NCBI GenBank assembly: GCA_001643675.2
Contig: LSRY02000067.1
Span: forward strand, 1 to 64,000
Length of the DNA stretch: 64,000 bases
Origin: Monocercomonoides exilis PA203
Lineage: Eukaryota; Protista; Preaxostyla
Direction of reading: 5' to 3'
In this document: positions 1 to 13,900 of the stretch, one piece after another
Position numbering within the stretch: position 1 is the stretch's first letter
How the letters are laid out: every line of letters begins with the position of its first letter
Notes under the pieces: generated by a model
What the model saw: the letters and a program-made list of their open reading frames with translations, nothing else
What the model was told of the DNA's origin: nothing
Databases searched by the model: none
Program-made: the position numbers and the translations under genes

Positions 1-2600
1 AACCCCTAACCCTAACCTAACCCTAACCCTAACCCTAACCCTAACCCTAACCCTAACCCTAACCTAACCCTAACCCTAACCCTAACCCTAACCCTAACCC
101 CTAACCCTAACCCTAACCCTAACCTAACCCTAACCCTAACCCTAACCCTAACCCTAACCCTAACCCTAACCCCTAACCCTAACCCTAACCCCTAACCCTA
201 ACCCTAACCCTAACCCTAACCCTAACCCCTAACCTAACCCTAACCCTAACCCTAACCCTAACCCTAACCCTAACCCTAACCTAACCCTAACCCTAACCCT
301 AACCCTAACCTAACCCTAACCCTAACCCTAACCCTAACCCTAACCCTAACCCTAACCCTAACCCTAACCCTAACCCTAACCCTAACCCTAACCCTAACCC
401 TAACCCTAACCCTAACCCTAACCCTAACCCTAACCTAACCCTAACCCTAACCCTAACCCTAACCCTAACCCTAACCCTAACCCTAACCCTAACCCTAACC
501 CTAACCCTAACCCTAACCCTAACCCTAACCTAACCCTAACCCTAACCCTAACCCTAACCCTAACCCTAACCCTAACCCTAACCCTAACCCTAACCCTAAC
601 CCTAACCCTAACCCTAACCCTAACCCTAACCCTAACCCCTAACCCTAACCCTAACCCTAACCCTAACCCTAACCCCTAACCCTAACCCCTAACCCTAACC
701 CTAACCCTAACCCTAACCCTAACCCTAACCCTAACCCTAACCTAACCCTAACCCTAACCCTAACCCTAACCCTAACCCTAACCCTAACCCTAACCCTAAC
801 CTAACCCTAACCCTAACCCTAACCCTAACCCTAACCCTAACCCTAACCCTAACCCTAACCCTAACCCTAACCCTAACCCTAACCCTAACCCTAACCCTAA
901 CCCTAACCCTAACCCTAACCCTAACCCCTAACCCTAACCCTAACCCTAACCCTAACCCTAACCCTAACCCTAACCCTAACCCTAACCCTAACCCTAACCC
1001 TAACCCTAACCCTAACCCTAACCCTAACCCTAACCCTAACCTAACCCTAACCCTAACCCTAACCCCTAACCCTAACCCTAACCCTAACCCTAACCCTAAC
1101 CCTAACCCTAACCCTAACCCTAACCCTAACCTAACCCTAACCCCTAACCTAACCCTAACCCCTAACCCTAACCCTAACCCTAACCCTAACCCTAACCCTA
1201 ACCCTAACCCTAACCCTAACCCTAACCCTAACCCTAACCCTAACCCTAACCCTAACCCTAACCCTAACCCTAACCCTAACCCTAACCCTAACCCTAACCC
1301 TAACCCTAACCCTAACCCTAACCCTAACCCTAACCTAACCCTAACCCTAACCCTAACCCTAACCCTAACCCTAACCCTAACCCTAACCCTAACCCTAACC
1401 CTAACCCTAACCCTAACCCTAACCCTAACCCTAACCTAACCCTAACCCTAACCCTAACCCCTAACCCTAACCCTAACCCTAACCCTAACCCTAACCCTAA
1501 CCCTAACCCTAACCCTAACCCTAACCCCTAACCCTAACCCTAACCCTAACCCTAACCCTAACCCTAACCCTAACCCTAACCCTAACCCTAACCCTAACCC
1601 TAACCCTAACCCTAACCCTAACCCCTAACCCTAACCCTAACCCTAACCCTAACCCTAACCCTAACCCTAACCCTAACCCTAACCCTAACCCTAACCTAAC
1701 CCTAACCTAACCCTAACCCTAACCCTAACCCTAACCCTAACCCTAACCCTAACCCTAACCCTAACCCTAACCCTAACCCTAACCCTAACCCTAACCCTAA
1801 CCTAACCCTAACCCTAACCCTAACCCTAACCCTAACCCTAACCCTAACCCTAACCCTAACCCTAACCTAACCCTAACCCTAACCCTAACCCTAACCCTAA
1901 CCCTAACCCTAACCCTAACCCTAACCCTAACCCTAACCTAACCCTAACCCTAACCCTAACCTAACCCTAACCCTAACCCTAACCCTAACCCTAACCTACC
2001 CTAACCCTAACCCTAACCCTAACCCTAACCCTAACCCTAACCCTAACCCTAACCCTAACCCTAACCCTAACCCTAACCCTAACCCTAACCCTAACCCTAA
2101 CCCTAACCCTAACCCTAACCCTAACCCTAACCCTAACCCTAACCCTAACCCTAACCCTAACCCTAACCCTAACCCTAACCCTAACCCTAACCCCTAACCC
2201 TAACCCTAACCCTAACCCTAACCCTAACCCTAACCCTAACCCTAACCCTAACCCTAACCCTAACCCTAACCCTAACCCTAACCCTAACCCTAACCCTAAC
2301 CCTAACCCTAACCCTAACCCTAACCCTAACCCTAACCCTAACCCTAACCTAACCCTAACCCTAACCCTAACCCTAACCCTAACCCTAACCCTAACCCTAA
2401 CCCTAACCCTAACCTAACCTAACCCTAACCCTAACCCTAACCCTAACCCTAACCCTAACCCTAACCCTAACCCTAACCCTAACCCTAACCCTAACCCTAA
2501 CCCTAACCCTAACCCTAACCCTAACCCTAACCCTAACCCTAACCCTAACCCTAACCCTAACCCTAACCCTAACCCTAACCCTAACCCTAACCTAACCTAA
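1..2600 (+). repeat. Telomeric repeat array (CCCTAA)n, i.e. TTAGGG on the minus strand; chromosome end
   Basis: Continuous CCCTAA units from base 1, with occasional CCTAA/CCCCTAA variants. Confidence 0.99.
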
Positions 2601-2659
2601 ATTGTTGGAGTTAGTTAAGATAGACTAATGGGAGATCAACATTTTGTCACATGGCCTAT

Positions 2660-2760
2660 CTAACCCTAACCTAACCTAACCCTAACCCTAACCCTAACCC
2701 TAACCCTAACCTAACCCTAACCCTAACCCTAACCTAACCCTAACCCTAACCTAACCCTAA
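2660..2760 (+). repeat. Second short telomeric tract, separated from the main array by about 60 bp of non-telomeric sequence
   Basis: CCCTAA/CCTAA units resume after 2601-2659. Confidence 0.95.
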
Positions 2761-3868
2761 AGCCGGGCTGCGAAAAGGAAAGTACTGCGTGCTTGCTTAT
2801 TTTCAACGATTCTTCTTTCTTTTTCCGTTCGAAGCTTTTATTGAATTTATCTTTTAAAATAAATGAATATAAGATTTGTGAAATTAATGTAATGAATGAA
2901 AAAAAAAAAACCTTTGTAATTCATTGCTCTTCCACTTAAAGAAAATTCAAATAAAAATATAAAAATGAGACTAATATAAATAATAAACGACCACACAGGC
3001 GATCTTGGCTCTTAGTAAAATTCCGAATCATAAATATTGAAAGTTAATCAATAGAATAATTCTAATGTTATGATAAAACACTGGATGAAATATAAAGCAT
3101 GAAAAATATGATAATCCAAGATTGAAAAAGCAAAAATATAAATTTAATCAAAAGAAAACATACAAAACGATGAGTTTATCGGAGCTGAATCAGAATAATA
3201 ATTGGATAATAAAACAATGAAAATCGTATGACAAATAATTTAATAAAGCAAACGATGTTTGAATTGAAAACCAAAAGTTGCTAGTTGTTCCTGTGGGAGT
3301 TTCCCTTGCAAGTTTTGATTAATAATTTTATTGTGGTAAATTTTTATGATCAAAATATTTCTTATTAAAAAAAGTTTTTTATTATTACTCAATGAAGACT
3401 TTTTTGTGAGAAATGAAAAAAAAAATGAAAAATCAAAAAAATTCAAGCTTTCATTTGAACACTCTTTCGATGAACAAATATCAGCAGATGAAGCTTTCCA
3501 ATGTCGGGCAACCTAGTAATGCGATTTTTGATCGTCTAAACAGATTTTCTTTCGGAACACATATTTTTTCAAAATTTTTGGAATTTTTTGTAATTTCTTG
3601 GATTTTTTCACATCATTCGAGAATATTGATTTTTGCCCACATGAGCCCCGTTGCTGACCTGTTCACACGCAGGCGTCGCCTTTGTATCTAACCTAACCTA
3701 TTATTATAATTCCCTAGTCAGAATCTCAACATCGAAAATTTAATAACTGATCTATATTTTGTTGTAATTTTTATCAATTTGATAACATATTTTTTTTAAA
3801 GATTTCTTAATAAGAAGTTTAGTGATAATATAAAAAGAATATTACAGATATCACATTAAATACCGGAC

Positions 3869-4217
3869 ATCGCACAAAATACCGGACAAGATCGATATCT
3901 CAATAACCGCAAGAGGAATAATTCTGGCAATTTTCCTCAAAATATATCTCGTCAACGCAAACTCATTTGAGAAACGAGACTTTCAAAACTTCCTCATTTA
4001 TGCTCTGAAAAAATCAGTATCGAAATTTCGGTGAAACAAAAAATTCTATTTCTCCGAGGTTTTAATAATAATTTTTTTCTGAGCATAAACGAGGAAGTTT
4101 TGAAAGTCTCGTTTATCAAATGAGTTTGTATTGATGAGATATATTCTGAGGAAAATTGTCAGAATTATTCCTCTTGCGGTTATTGTTAATTCGATCTTGT
4201 CCGGTATTTTGCGCGAT
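3869..4217. repeat. Long imperfect palindrome (foldback/MITE-like)
   Basis: Arm 3869-4014 (atcgcacaaaataccggacaagatcga...tgctctgaaaaaat) is the diverged reverse complement of 4071-4217; spacer about 56 bp. Confidence 0.92.
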
Positions 4218-4696
4218 ATATGTATCTTTCAAGATAACCAATTCACGTTTTGTTTATCTTCGAATAAAAAAATAAATAGATAAATAAATAAATGTTGAAT
4301 TGAAGATTATGATTTTTGTCTATTTTGAAAGAATTCTGATTCATTTCAAAAAAACAAATGAAAAATTTTTCATTATAAATTATAATTGAATTATCTTATT
4401 CAAATAATCATTCATCATTTTGTTATAATGTGTTTTTTTTTTTTAAATATATATCTTCATCAACATCCATTTTCTTAAAATAATAGGGCCCATTACCACT
4501 TTGAAAAAGTTTAAATTTTGATCAAGAAAAACCAAAATCATTTATGAACAATTAAATTTTTTTTAACTATTATCGGTTCTGATTTTTTTATAAAAATAGT
4601 GGAAAATTGATGAATGAGCTTTCAACGATAAAGAAAATGAATTACAAAGATTGTTGACGAAAAAAGAAATTAAAAATAAAAGAAGAAAAAGAAAAA

Positions 4697-4812
4697 GAGG
4701 AAGAGGAAGAGGAAGAGGAAGAGGAAGAGGAAGAGGAAGAGGAAGAGGAAGAGGAAGAGGAAGAAGAGGAAGAAGAGGAAGAAGAGGAAGAAGAGGAAGA
4801 AGAGGAAGAAGA
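4697..4812 (+). repeat. (GAGGAA)n / (GAAGAGGAA)n purine microsatellite
   Basis: Read directly from the sequence. Confidence 0.9.
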
Positions 4813-5034
4813 AGAAGGTGAAGGAAAAAGAGTAATTGTTGTTGATGATGAAGAAATTGTTGAAGGAGATAGATGAAGAATGAATTGTCATTGTCCGTAC
4901 CTATAAAAAAGGCTCTTTTCGGATTGTTATCAAATTCTTCCTCTCTTCTTCTTCTTCTTCTTTTGTTTCCTTTCTTTTTCTGACTTAGCATATTCAATTT
5001 CCGAAAAGTCAGAAATAGAAAAAGCTCTTTGAAT

Positions 5035-6482
5035 TTAAACATTTACAAAATAATCAGAAATATTCAACGTCAATTCTCGATTATATTTTCTGTGAAGAAA
5101 ATCTATTGTTTCAAAAAAGTTTGCGATGGTATCTTCGAATCCTTCTTCTTCCATCTTTTCAAACACTTTCCTCATGCTCGTTTTTCTTTTAACTTCGCCA
5201 ATTTCATCTTTCTCCTTTCTTTTCAATCGCATTGAAACATTCATGAAAAACACCAAAAATTGAAATGTCAATCTGTCATCCAATGTTGGCCTCTGAATCC
5301 CCTCCAAAAAGAGACCAATAGCTCCTATGTTCACCAAGTCTTCAACTTTCACAACTCTCCTTTCTGCTGCATTTCTCAAGGAATAAATGCAGAGATTGCT
5401 AATAATACTGTAATTATCCTTCTCTGCTCGATGAACCTGAACAATGTTTTTGAGCAGCCCAACATTTTCTTCATTCCTCAATCGACAACTTTGTAGATAC
5501 ATTGCACATGTTTTGAGCCATCTCGTCAATGCAAATTCTTCTTTCGCTTCCTTTCCTCTTTCCTCTCCTTTTTTTCTGTTCCAATCCTCATTTCTTGTCA
5601 GCTCTTCCAACTCTCTTGCTGCTTCTCCGACAAAATGCAGCTCATTCACAATCATATCTTCCAAATTTCTATCTTTGATAAATCTTTTAATTAAAAACTC
5701 CCAAGCAGACTGATAGGCCAGATGCGTAAGATTTCTGTGTTCTTGATGATATTTGATGATTTCTTTGATATCATTCAGATAAAGTTCTTGTTCGACAAAC
5801 TTTTAAAAAAATAAAGAATAAAATTTCTGATTTCATAAAGGAAATTGAACTTCACACACATTATCCCCAATGCTGCTCAATGCTAACAAAGCCATTTCCG
5901 CTTCTTTCTGGACATCTTTGTTCTCCTCTTTCCTCAATGCAGCTTTCAGAAGGCAAGTCACACATGCATAAGGCACTCTTGAAATAGTCCTATCTTTCAA
6001 ATAAAGATAGCATTCGCAGATCTCAGTCAGAAGCTTTTCATTCTTTTCATCTTTTTTCTGTTCTTCTTCAGCAATCATCTGTTCGAATCTTCCTCTCAGC
6101 GAAGATGCAAAAAAGTATTGATTCCAATCGTTTTTCTGCACATTGCAATATCCAACATGCTTCAGCAGCAAAAATGTATTTTCCATCGACATTTTCTTTT
6201 CTTCAATCATTTTGTTCATTTTGTTGAATATTTCTTCGTTGATAATGGATTTTAATTCTTCTTTATTCATTTCTTCAATTAATCTATTCATTCGCTCTAT
6301 TTTCTTTCTCTGCTCATCCTCACTGCAATGCTCCAACTGATCAAGTAATTCTTCCCCGATCATCAAAAATCATATAACATGAGATCTTTGAAAATACACA
6401 ATTTAAGCAAACTTGAAAACTTGTCTGCAAGAGACGGATCTTGAGCATCATCATTGGATTTGTCTTCATCGCACATTTCCAT
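5035..6482 (-). CDS. Spliced member (copy A) of an expanded E/K-rich gene family of unknown function
   Basis: ORFs 6363-6545, 5833-6366 and 5035-5664 are separated by short AT-rich intron-like gaps. Motifs EKLLxxxCECY, CLLKxALxKEE..EMALLALS, ELHFxxEAARELEEL and KMEEEGFED are shared with three other copies. Confidence 0.8.
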
Positions 6483-8742
6483 TCTGTCAATTTTATGCAA
6501 ATACGAAATTTGCTGCAAAATTTCAAATGAAAAACAGAAAAACAAACAAAAACAATATTGTTGATAATTGGCAAAACAAAGATAAAGTCCAAACTCAATT
6601 CCTTTGATAAATCAAAATATGTGTCAAAAAAGAAATTACAAAGAAGCTGTAAAATTGGTCGTATTTAGCCAAATACGAAAGAGTTTAATTTCTATCTGAT
6701 CAAGCCAACAATAATTTATTCCAAGGATCTTGATTGAATTTTGAATGAAATCTTCAATTAATAGAAAAATATCCCATATGTTTGGTATTGGGTATCAAAA
6801 TAATATTAGTTTTAATATTATCTGCCACATGAAGAAGAGGCAATAAATTGTTTTGAAGAACAAAACAAAAAAGTGACAAAAAAGCAGCAATTTGCACATA
6901 AAACTGTGCATTTAAACGTTATTGCAAATTAAAATTCAAACATAAATATTACACTTATTTCCTTCACATTTTGTTTCGTCTGGAAGATTTACTTCTTCGA
7001 AATGATTTTTTCTGTTATTTCAGAGTGTTTGCTTGTTTCCGGGAATGTTTCAAATTTAATGTGTTGAGAGAGATTTTGAGATTTCAGGATGATTTTGTTA
7101 TTTGTTCGTGACTTGAGTTGGCCATCCAGGCTGAAGGAAGATTGATGGAGTGAATCAAGCTTTCAACAATTCGCAGTTTTTTTGATGATTGGGCGCATGA
7201 TAATTGAACGCATAAGAGAATTTATTAAGTCAACAATGGACAGCATCGTTAATTGAGCATTGAAAGAGATTCTATTCCAAAAGATTTTGAGGCTGAGAGA
7301 AGATGAACAAAGTCGAGATGGCGAAGAGAGGTTGATAAAATATGCGGAACCAAGCACATGCGGAATATTGAGTTCATTTCAACACATTTATCGTTTGATA
7401 GTGATTTCCACTTGATGTTTCGTTTTGTTGAAAGTCATTATTTTGGGTTGTTTTGATGGCTGTTGTTGATTCACCGATTTCGGTGTGGATTTCGAGGCAA
7501 ACCTAGAAGCCACATGGAAGAAGAAGAAACGAATCAAAAAGACGGAACAGATGGCGATAGAAATGTTTGATTTAATTAGGGTGTGTTATCCAATTTATTG
7601 TTGCATTTGCAATGGTTTTTTTTTTTGAAAAATTAACAAAAGAAAAAGAAAGAAAGAAAGAGATCATCAAAAATAAAAATAAGTGAAACATTTTTTGCAA
7701 TGATAATTTCTAATTTTTTCCTTTCCATTCTATCTCTTTTTTTATTTCACTTTTAGTGTTTCATCGCTATTCTTTTGACTTTCGTTAATAAAAAATAAAT
7801 GGTTGAGAAGAAATGATAAAAGGCAGACTGCTTCAATCAGAAAGGCGAGAAGAAGAGCATATTTTTTTCTAAAAAAATGGTATTGCCTCATTTGGAACTT
7901 CATATTTTTCTTTTTATTTGTGTTCTTTTCTTTGATAATTTTTTGGTTAATTTTGCGAATTTTAAAAATATAATTCACTCTAAAACGGATTCATCTGGCA
8001 GATCCTTATCAATTCAGACTCAGCAACTTGCAGAAACTTGCGAAGACATTCACATTCATCGTGCTTGTTTCACTGAGCCTCTGGAAGCATTTGCCTTTAA
8101 AGGAATCTTCCACCTTTCCTTCAATAAACACAGTCTAGTCGCTGGGATATCGTTGGATGACACTTCGTTGATGCTGAACAGAATCTGAGTGGAGAAAACT
8201 GTTATAAACAGAATGAAGATGCTGCTGCAGTCAGTCAAATCTGCTGACAGATGTGAAGAACGAGGAGGAGAAGAAGAAGAAAGAACAGAAAGGAAGAAAA
8301 AGATAAATCACAATCATCATCAACTGTTATTTGTAACTTCATTTTCATTTTCTACTGCTGCTTCTTCTTCTTCTTTTTCTTTTTTACGTTTTGTTCCATT
8401 TCAAAATTTTAAAAAATGGCTTTTGAAATTAGGTTCAAATGAATGTTTGTTTTTTAGATTTTGTGAAATGATAAAAACAAATCTGTAAAACTTACTTTAG
8501 GCTTGTCGAATTGTGATGTGAAGCTGAAAGAAAAACAAATAAAATTTTTGATTTTCAGATTAAATTACATCTCATTTCCTCAAACATTTACAGAACAATC
8601 TGAAAAATTAACAAATAATCGATTAAAAAAAATTTTTTTCAACTTTAATAAAGAAAACATATCCAAAGTTTCGAAAATAATTAACCAATGGAAAAAATAA
8701 TATTTCATTTTTGAATTACAAAATATGAAACGCGCAATTTCA

Positions 8743-10190
8743 TCAGACATTCGCAAAATAATCAGAAACATCCAACGATAAATCTTCATAAAATTTATCG
8801 TTGAGAAAATCAATAATTGCATGAAAACTTGTGAATGTATCTTCGAATCCTTCTTCTTCCATCTTTTCGTGTATCACAATTTTCGTTGTCTTTCTTTTCG
8901 CTTCCTCATTTTCATCATCCATTGATTTTAATCGCCTTGACATATCCAAAAAGCATTTCATAAAGCTCTCCAAAAAATAGTCATCCAATGTTGGTCGCCG
9001 TATCCCCTCCAAAACAGCATCAATAGCACCTCCTTTCAATAAGTCTTCATCTTTCACAATTCTTCTTTCTGCTGCATTTCTCAAGGAATAAACGCACCAA
9101 TCGCAAATTTCTCTTTGATTATCTTTTGCCGCTCGATATATCTGTACAATGCTGTTGATGAGCCCAATAAATTCTTCATTCTTCAATCGACAACAGTAAA
9201 AATAAATCGAGAATGTTTGCAGCCATCTCGCCAATGCAAATTCTTCTTTCGCTTCTTCTTTGTTCATTTCCTCTTTTTTCTTCTTCCAATTCACATTTCT
9301 TGTTAGCTCTTCCAGTTCTCTTGCTGCTTCTCTTCCAAAATGCATCTCATTCACAATCTCTCCCTTCAAGCTACTGTCTTCCCAAAATCGGTAAATCAAA
9401 AAACTCCAAACAGATTGATAGGCAAGTTTTGTAAGATTTCTGTGTTTCTGCTGATGTTTGATAATCTCTTTGATTTCAATCAAGAACAGTTCATTTCTCA
9501 CTTCCTAATAAAAGATAAGAAAAATACAAATAATAAAACAAATTAATTTTGCAATCAAGCAATCAAGCCAGCTTAGCACACTTTAAATTGTCCAATATTT
9601 GACAAAGCCAGCAAAGCCATTTCCACTTTTTTTTGTGCTTCCTCTTTTTTCTCCTTGTTCAAAGAAACTTTCAGAAGACAGGGAACGCAAACCGGAAACA
9701 AATTTGAAGAAGCCCACCTGTTCAACAAAAAATAGCATTCGCAAAGATTAACAAGAAGCTTTTCATTTAAAAGTTCTTTTTTCTCATCTTCTTCAATGAT
9801 CATCCTTTCAAATATTTTATTCAATGAAGAATTTCTTAATCCAGAAATAAAAATATTTTTCAGCACGTTGGAATATCCAATATGCTTCAACAGCAAAATT
9901 GCATTTTCTATCGAAAGTTTCTTATCTTCAATCATTTTGTCTATTTCATCGAACAGTTCTTGTGTGAAAACACATCTGTATTCATAATAATCCATTCCAT
10001 CAATCATTTCATTCATTTCGACGATTGCTTGTTTCTGTTCTGCTTCGGTGAATTGTTCCAGCTGTGAAAGTTTCTCTAAAAAAGGTGAAAAATCAAAAGA
10101 GAAAAAAAATACACATTTATTGATTTAACCATTCGTTTCTAATAAATTTTTTGCAAACCCCGAAATATTTGTCTTTGAAGTTGACTGCGA
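8743..10190 (-). CDS. Spliced member (copy B) of the same family; 5' end uncertain
   Basis: ORFs 9573-10016 and 8743-9501 align with copy A, with the intron in a similar place. Confidence 0.78.
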
Positions 10191-12599
10191 AAATGCAAAA
10201 TGAACCAAAACAACAAATAAATTCGTTTTTCAGAATTGCAGTGTAAAACTCACATTAAAAGAATTAAAAACAACAAGTCAAACATCTAATAACACACGAG
10301 TCCAAAAATCTTCATTTTCCATCAATGTCTTTTGCATCAAAACATGCAAATCTTTATATTAAAAAATCTTGTTTTTGTGCAAATAAATAAGGGTGGTAAA
10401 CATATAATTAAATTAGTGAATATTTTTGATTGATGATATGTTGAGATAAAAGTTTGTTTGAGCTGCTTGTGCATGCAACCACAGATGCACCCATGCGAGT
10501 TATATCGCTACAGAAGAACAGGGATTTTGTCTACAGATGGAGGAGCGAGTGGCTGTTTGCATCTATTGATTACGAAAAGTAAATTGGTGGAGGAAATTGC
10601 ATGAGATTTGGACTTGGTTATATATTACAAAACATATGGCACAACATCGGATGCGATTATTTGAACGAAAAATAACTCAAGCAAGATGCAGAAAAAGCGA
10701 GCATAATGTCAGAAAGAGAGAATTGCACAGCTTGTTCATTTCGAGGGAAATGCGTGCCCTTGGCATGTCTTTCGCGCAGGATTTGTTTAACGTGGTTTTT
10801 TTGGGGGGAAGATTTTCTTTGTGGAAAAGGAAAGGGAATTTGGGATTAAACAATGAAGGAAGCGAGTTGAACGAAGCACTCAGCAGGCCTTAACAACAAA
10901 CGCATTGCCATTTACGCGAAACACTTTTGAAAACTATCAACAAAGACATGGCGTTGAAGAAGTCATTGAAAAGGAGCTCATTGCTTTATCATTTGGATAA
11001 TATAATCTTTCACTTGCATCATTGCCTGCTTCATAAAGGATTCTTAGAACAAGAAAGCCAGCTGGGCTGATTATCACCAATCCATTGGAGATGGGAAAAT
11101 ATTTCAAGGCCAAAAAGATGGTTTGACTTTTTTTATTTGACTCATTATTCTTTTAAGATGTTCTTTGAATGAATACAGATTGGTTACGAACAGGAATACC
11201 GCAAAGAGAGAGAAGCCATTTTATCCTTTTTCAAAAGATTCAGAAGTTTTGAGATTATTCTTATTTACATCGTATTCAACGATGATATTCGTGACTTTTG
11301 CCATCTGTTTTGCATGTTACATAACCGGACAATGCTTAACATGAGCTTGCAAGAGAGAGAAAAGCAGTTTATTTGGCTTATTTGTTGAAAGCATTTGGAA
11401 GAAGCGACTCTTTTGTCGGAGCAGATGAACTGGATGGGCATTCACATTTAAAAGAACAACAAAATTTTCATGTTGCTTATCTTTCTTCTTCGTCATTTCC
11501 ATAAAATTGTTTGACGGAAACAACCATTTTAATTCCTTAATAAGAAGGCACGCATTTTGGGTGGAATATGCAGAATTGGATGAAAAATGAAAAGACTTTA
11601 GAAATTTCATGGAATTTGAGTTGGAATAAATCATGGAGTACTTCAAAGAGGAGGAGAAGAGAGAGGAGGGAAGATACAAAGACAGAGCGGAAAATAAGGA
11701 CAAATTGTAATGAAGAAGAAAAGCAGATTTGAAGGGAAAGGAAAAGGAAGATGGGGAAAAGAGAAGAAAGAGCGAATGGCAAACAATTTTCTGAGGGAAA
11801 GAGAGAAAGAAAGAAAGAAAAGTCGAAGTGTCTCCTTTGAAGATTATTCCTTCACTTTTCATGTTGTGAAGACTGAAGAAAAGCAGAAGAAAGGAAACAA
11901 AATAATCAGATGTTGGATTTGAGAAAAGAAAAAGAAAAAGATGTTTGGATCAATTTTTGCAGGCTGGTGCTCAAATAGATCTGCTGAAACGGGGAATTTC
12001 AATGAGAAAAAAGAAAAAAAGAAAAAAAGAAAAAAGTGAATGAGAAGAAGGAGAAGGAAAAGAAGAAGATAAAACGAAAGCGGAGATAATCAAACGAAGA
12101 AGGAGATTTCTCTGGATGCTGCTAATTCTCCGGATGTGGTTCAAAAATATTGAAGCACGGGATTTTGAGGATATCAGCAGAAGAAACACAAAAGAGGAAG
12201 GAAAAAGAGAAAGAAGTTATGTTGCAAGCAGACGATTAGAACGAATAGGAACAGAAATAACAGAGAAAAGAGAGAAGGAGAGAAAAGAATAAACTGATAA
12301 AGTTGAAGAAAGAAGGGGAATAGCATGAACAGAAATGAGAGAAAGGAAGAAGAAAAGAAAGAAAAATGGAGATGGAGATGGAAAAGGAAAAAGAGAAAGA
12401 GAATGACAAACAAAAGGAATACACACATTTCAATCAATAAACCAACAACAATTATTTCCTTGGAAAATAATCATTTCCTTTCCAATTGCGACTAATTTGG
12501 CTTCTTCTTCTTCTTCTTCTTCTTCTTTTTCGTCTTCGTCTTCGTCTTCGTCTTCGTCTTCGTCTTCTATTTCTTCACCTCCTTCTCTTTCTCCTTTAT

Positions 12600-13900
12600 C
12601 TCCATCTTTCATTCCATTTCTTTCTCCATTCGATTCTTACCCTCTATTTTCATCATCTTCTCTTTCTTCTTTTCCTTCTCCAAAACTATCGAGCTGCCCT
12701 ATCTCCCTTGCTCCTCATATGTCGCAAAACCATTTATCGACATTTCCACCTGTTCCTCATCTTTCCCCGCACTTCCTTCACTTTCATCTGTAGTTATGCC
12801 CAAAGACCCATCTGCTTCTTCTTCTTCTGCTCTCCTGTTCTCCTGTTAGATGTTATCGGATGGAGAAGAACTGCATCCTTCACTTTCTGTTAATTACTGT
12901 TTGTCTGAATCCGCCTCAGCCTCTGCCTTCACAAACCTCAGCTCACTCAGCCCAAGCGCCTCCACAACCAGCAGAGCCATCGCTTCTTCCAGCTTCATCT
13001 GGTTCTCCTTGATTCTCTCCACAAACTCTCTGTGCGCTGTCGGACACCCGCCTTTCACTTCATTCCCATCACCTCCCTCTCTCCCTCCATCTTCTTTTCC
13101 CTCTTCTTTTCCCTCTTCTTCTCCTTCTTTGCCTCCCCCTTTGTTTCCCCCTTTGTTTCCCCCTTCTCCTTCCTCTACCTCTTCTCACTTCTCCAGCACA
13201 TCCAGTGCAATCGCTAATGGAGGCAGAACCACATCCTCCTTCCTCAGCCCCGCTGCAGCCAACCCTTTTTCCACAATCTTCACAACTTCACACACTGCAA
13301 CCCCTCGCCCCATCACTTCATCTTTCAACTTCACAAAATATTTCAACTGCGGCGATCGACATATCTGGAGCAGCGACGGGTCAAACAGATCGCAGATCGA
13401 CTGGAACGCATTCACATCTGCAGCATCAAAGATCTGATTGCTCCCCGACTTCGTGCCCACTGAAATTGAAAGCGACGGAAGCAGCCCCATCAGCGAAACC
13501 GAAAGCATCTCCGAAAGCGCCACATAATACGCACACACAACACCTCCATATAGCACCGCCCGCCGAGCCACAACAAATTATTCGAAGCGTTTGTTGCTCC
13601 CTCAGTTACGACTTCTTTTGTTTTTCATACACCCCAGCCGCCTCTCGATATCGTCCATCGCTCCTGCTGACGTGTTTGATTCTGCCACAATATCTCAGAA
13701 GGATCAATCTTAGGAGCTTATGATGATAATGATGACCTCTCAATCCTTGCCGCCTTCTTCTCATAGCTTCGCAGCCTCCGAAATGGTGAAGTTGATCGGC
13801 GTGCTGCTCCAGTTGAAGAAGACGAAGAAGACGAAGGCGCTGAACGAAGAGATGACTACCGCGCTGCGCCAGCTACAAGAAGCTTTTTCAGATACCCCTC
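12600..13900 (-). pseudogene. Degenerate copy of an unknown multicopy family, paralogous to 62100-63350
   Basis: Both loci share peptides EVMGRGVxVCEVxxIVEKGLxAAGLRxEDVVL and RIKENQxKLEEAMAxLVVEALGLS; reading frames are broken. Confidence 0.6.

Noticed and set aside
1-2600. CCTAA/CCCCTAA telomere variants as a biological signal
   Set aside because: They are irregular one-base C changes, as expected from long-read homopolymer error.
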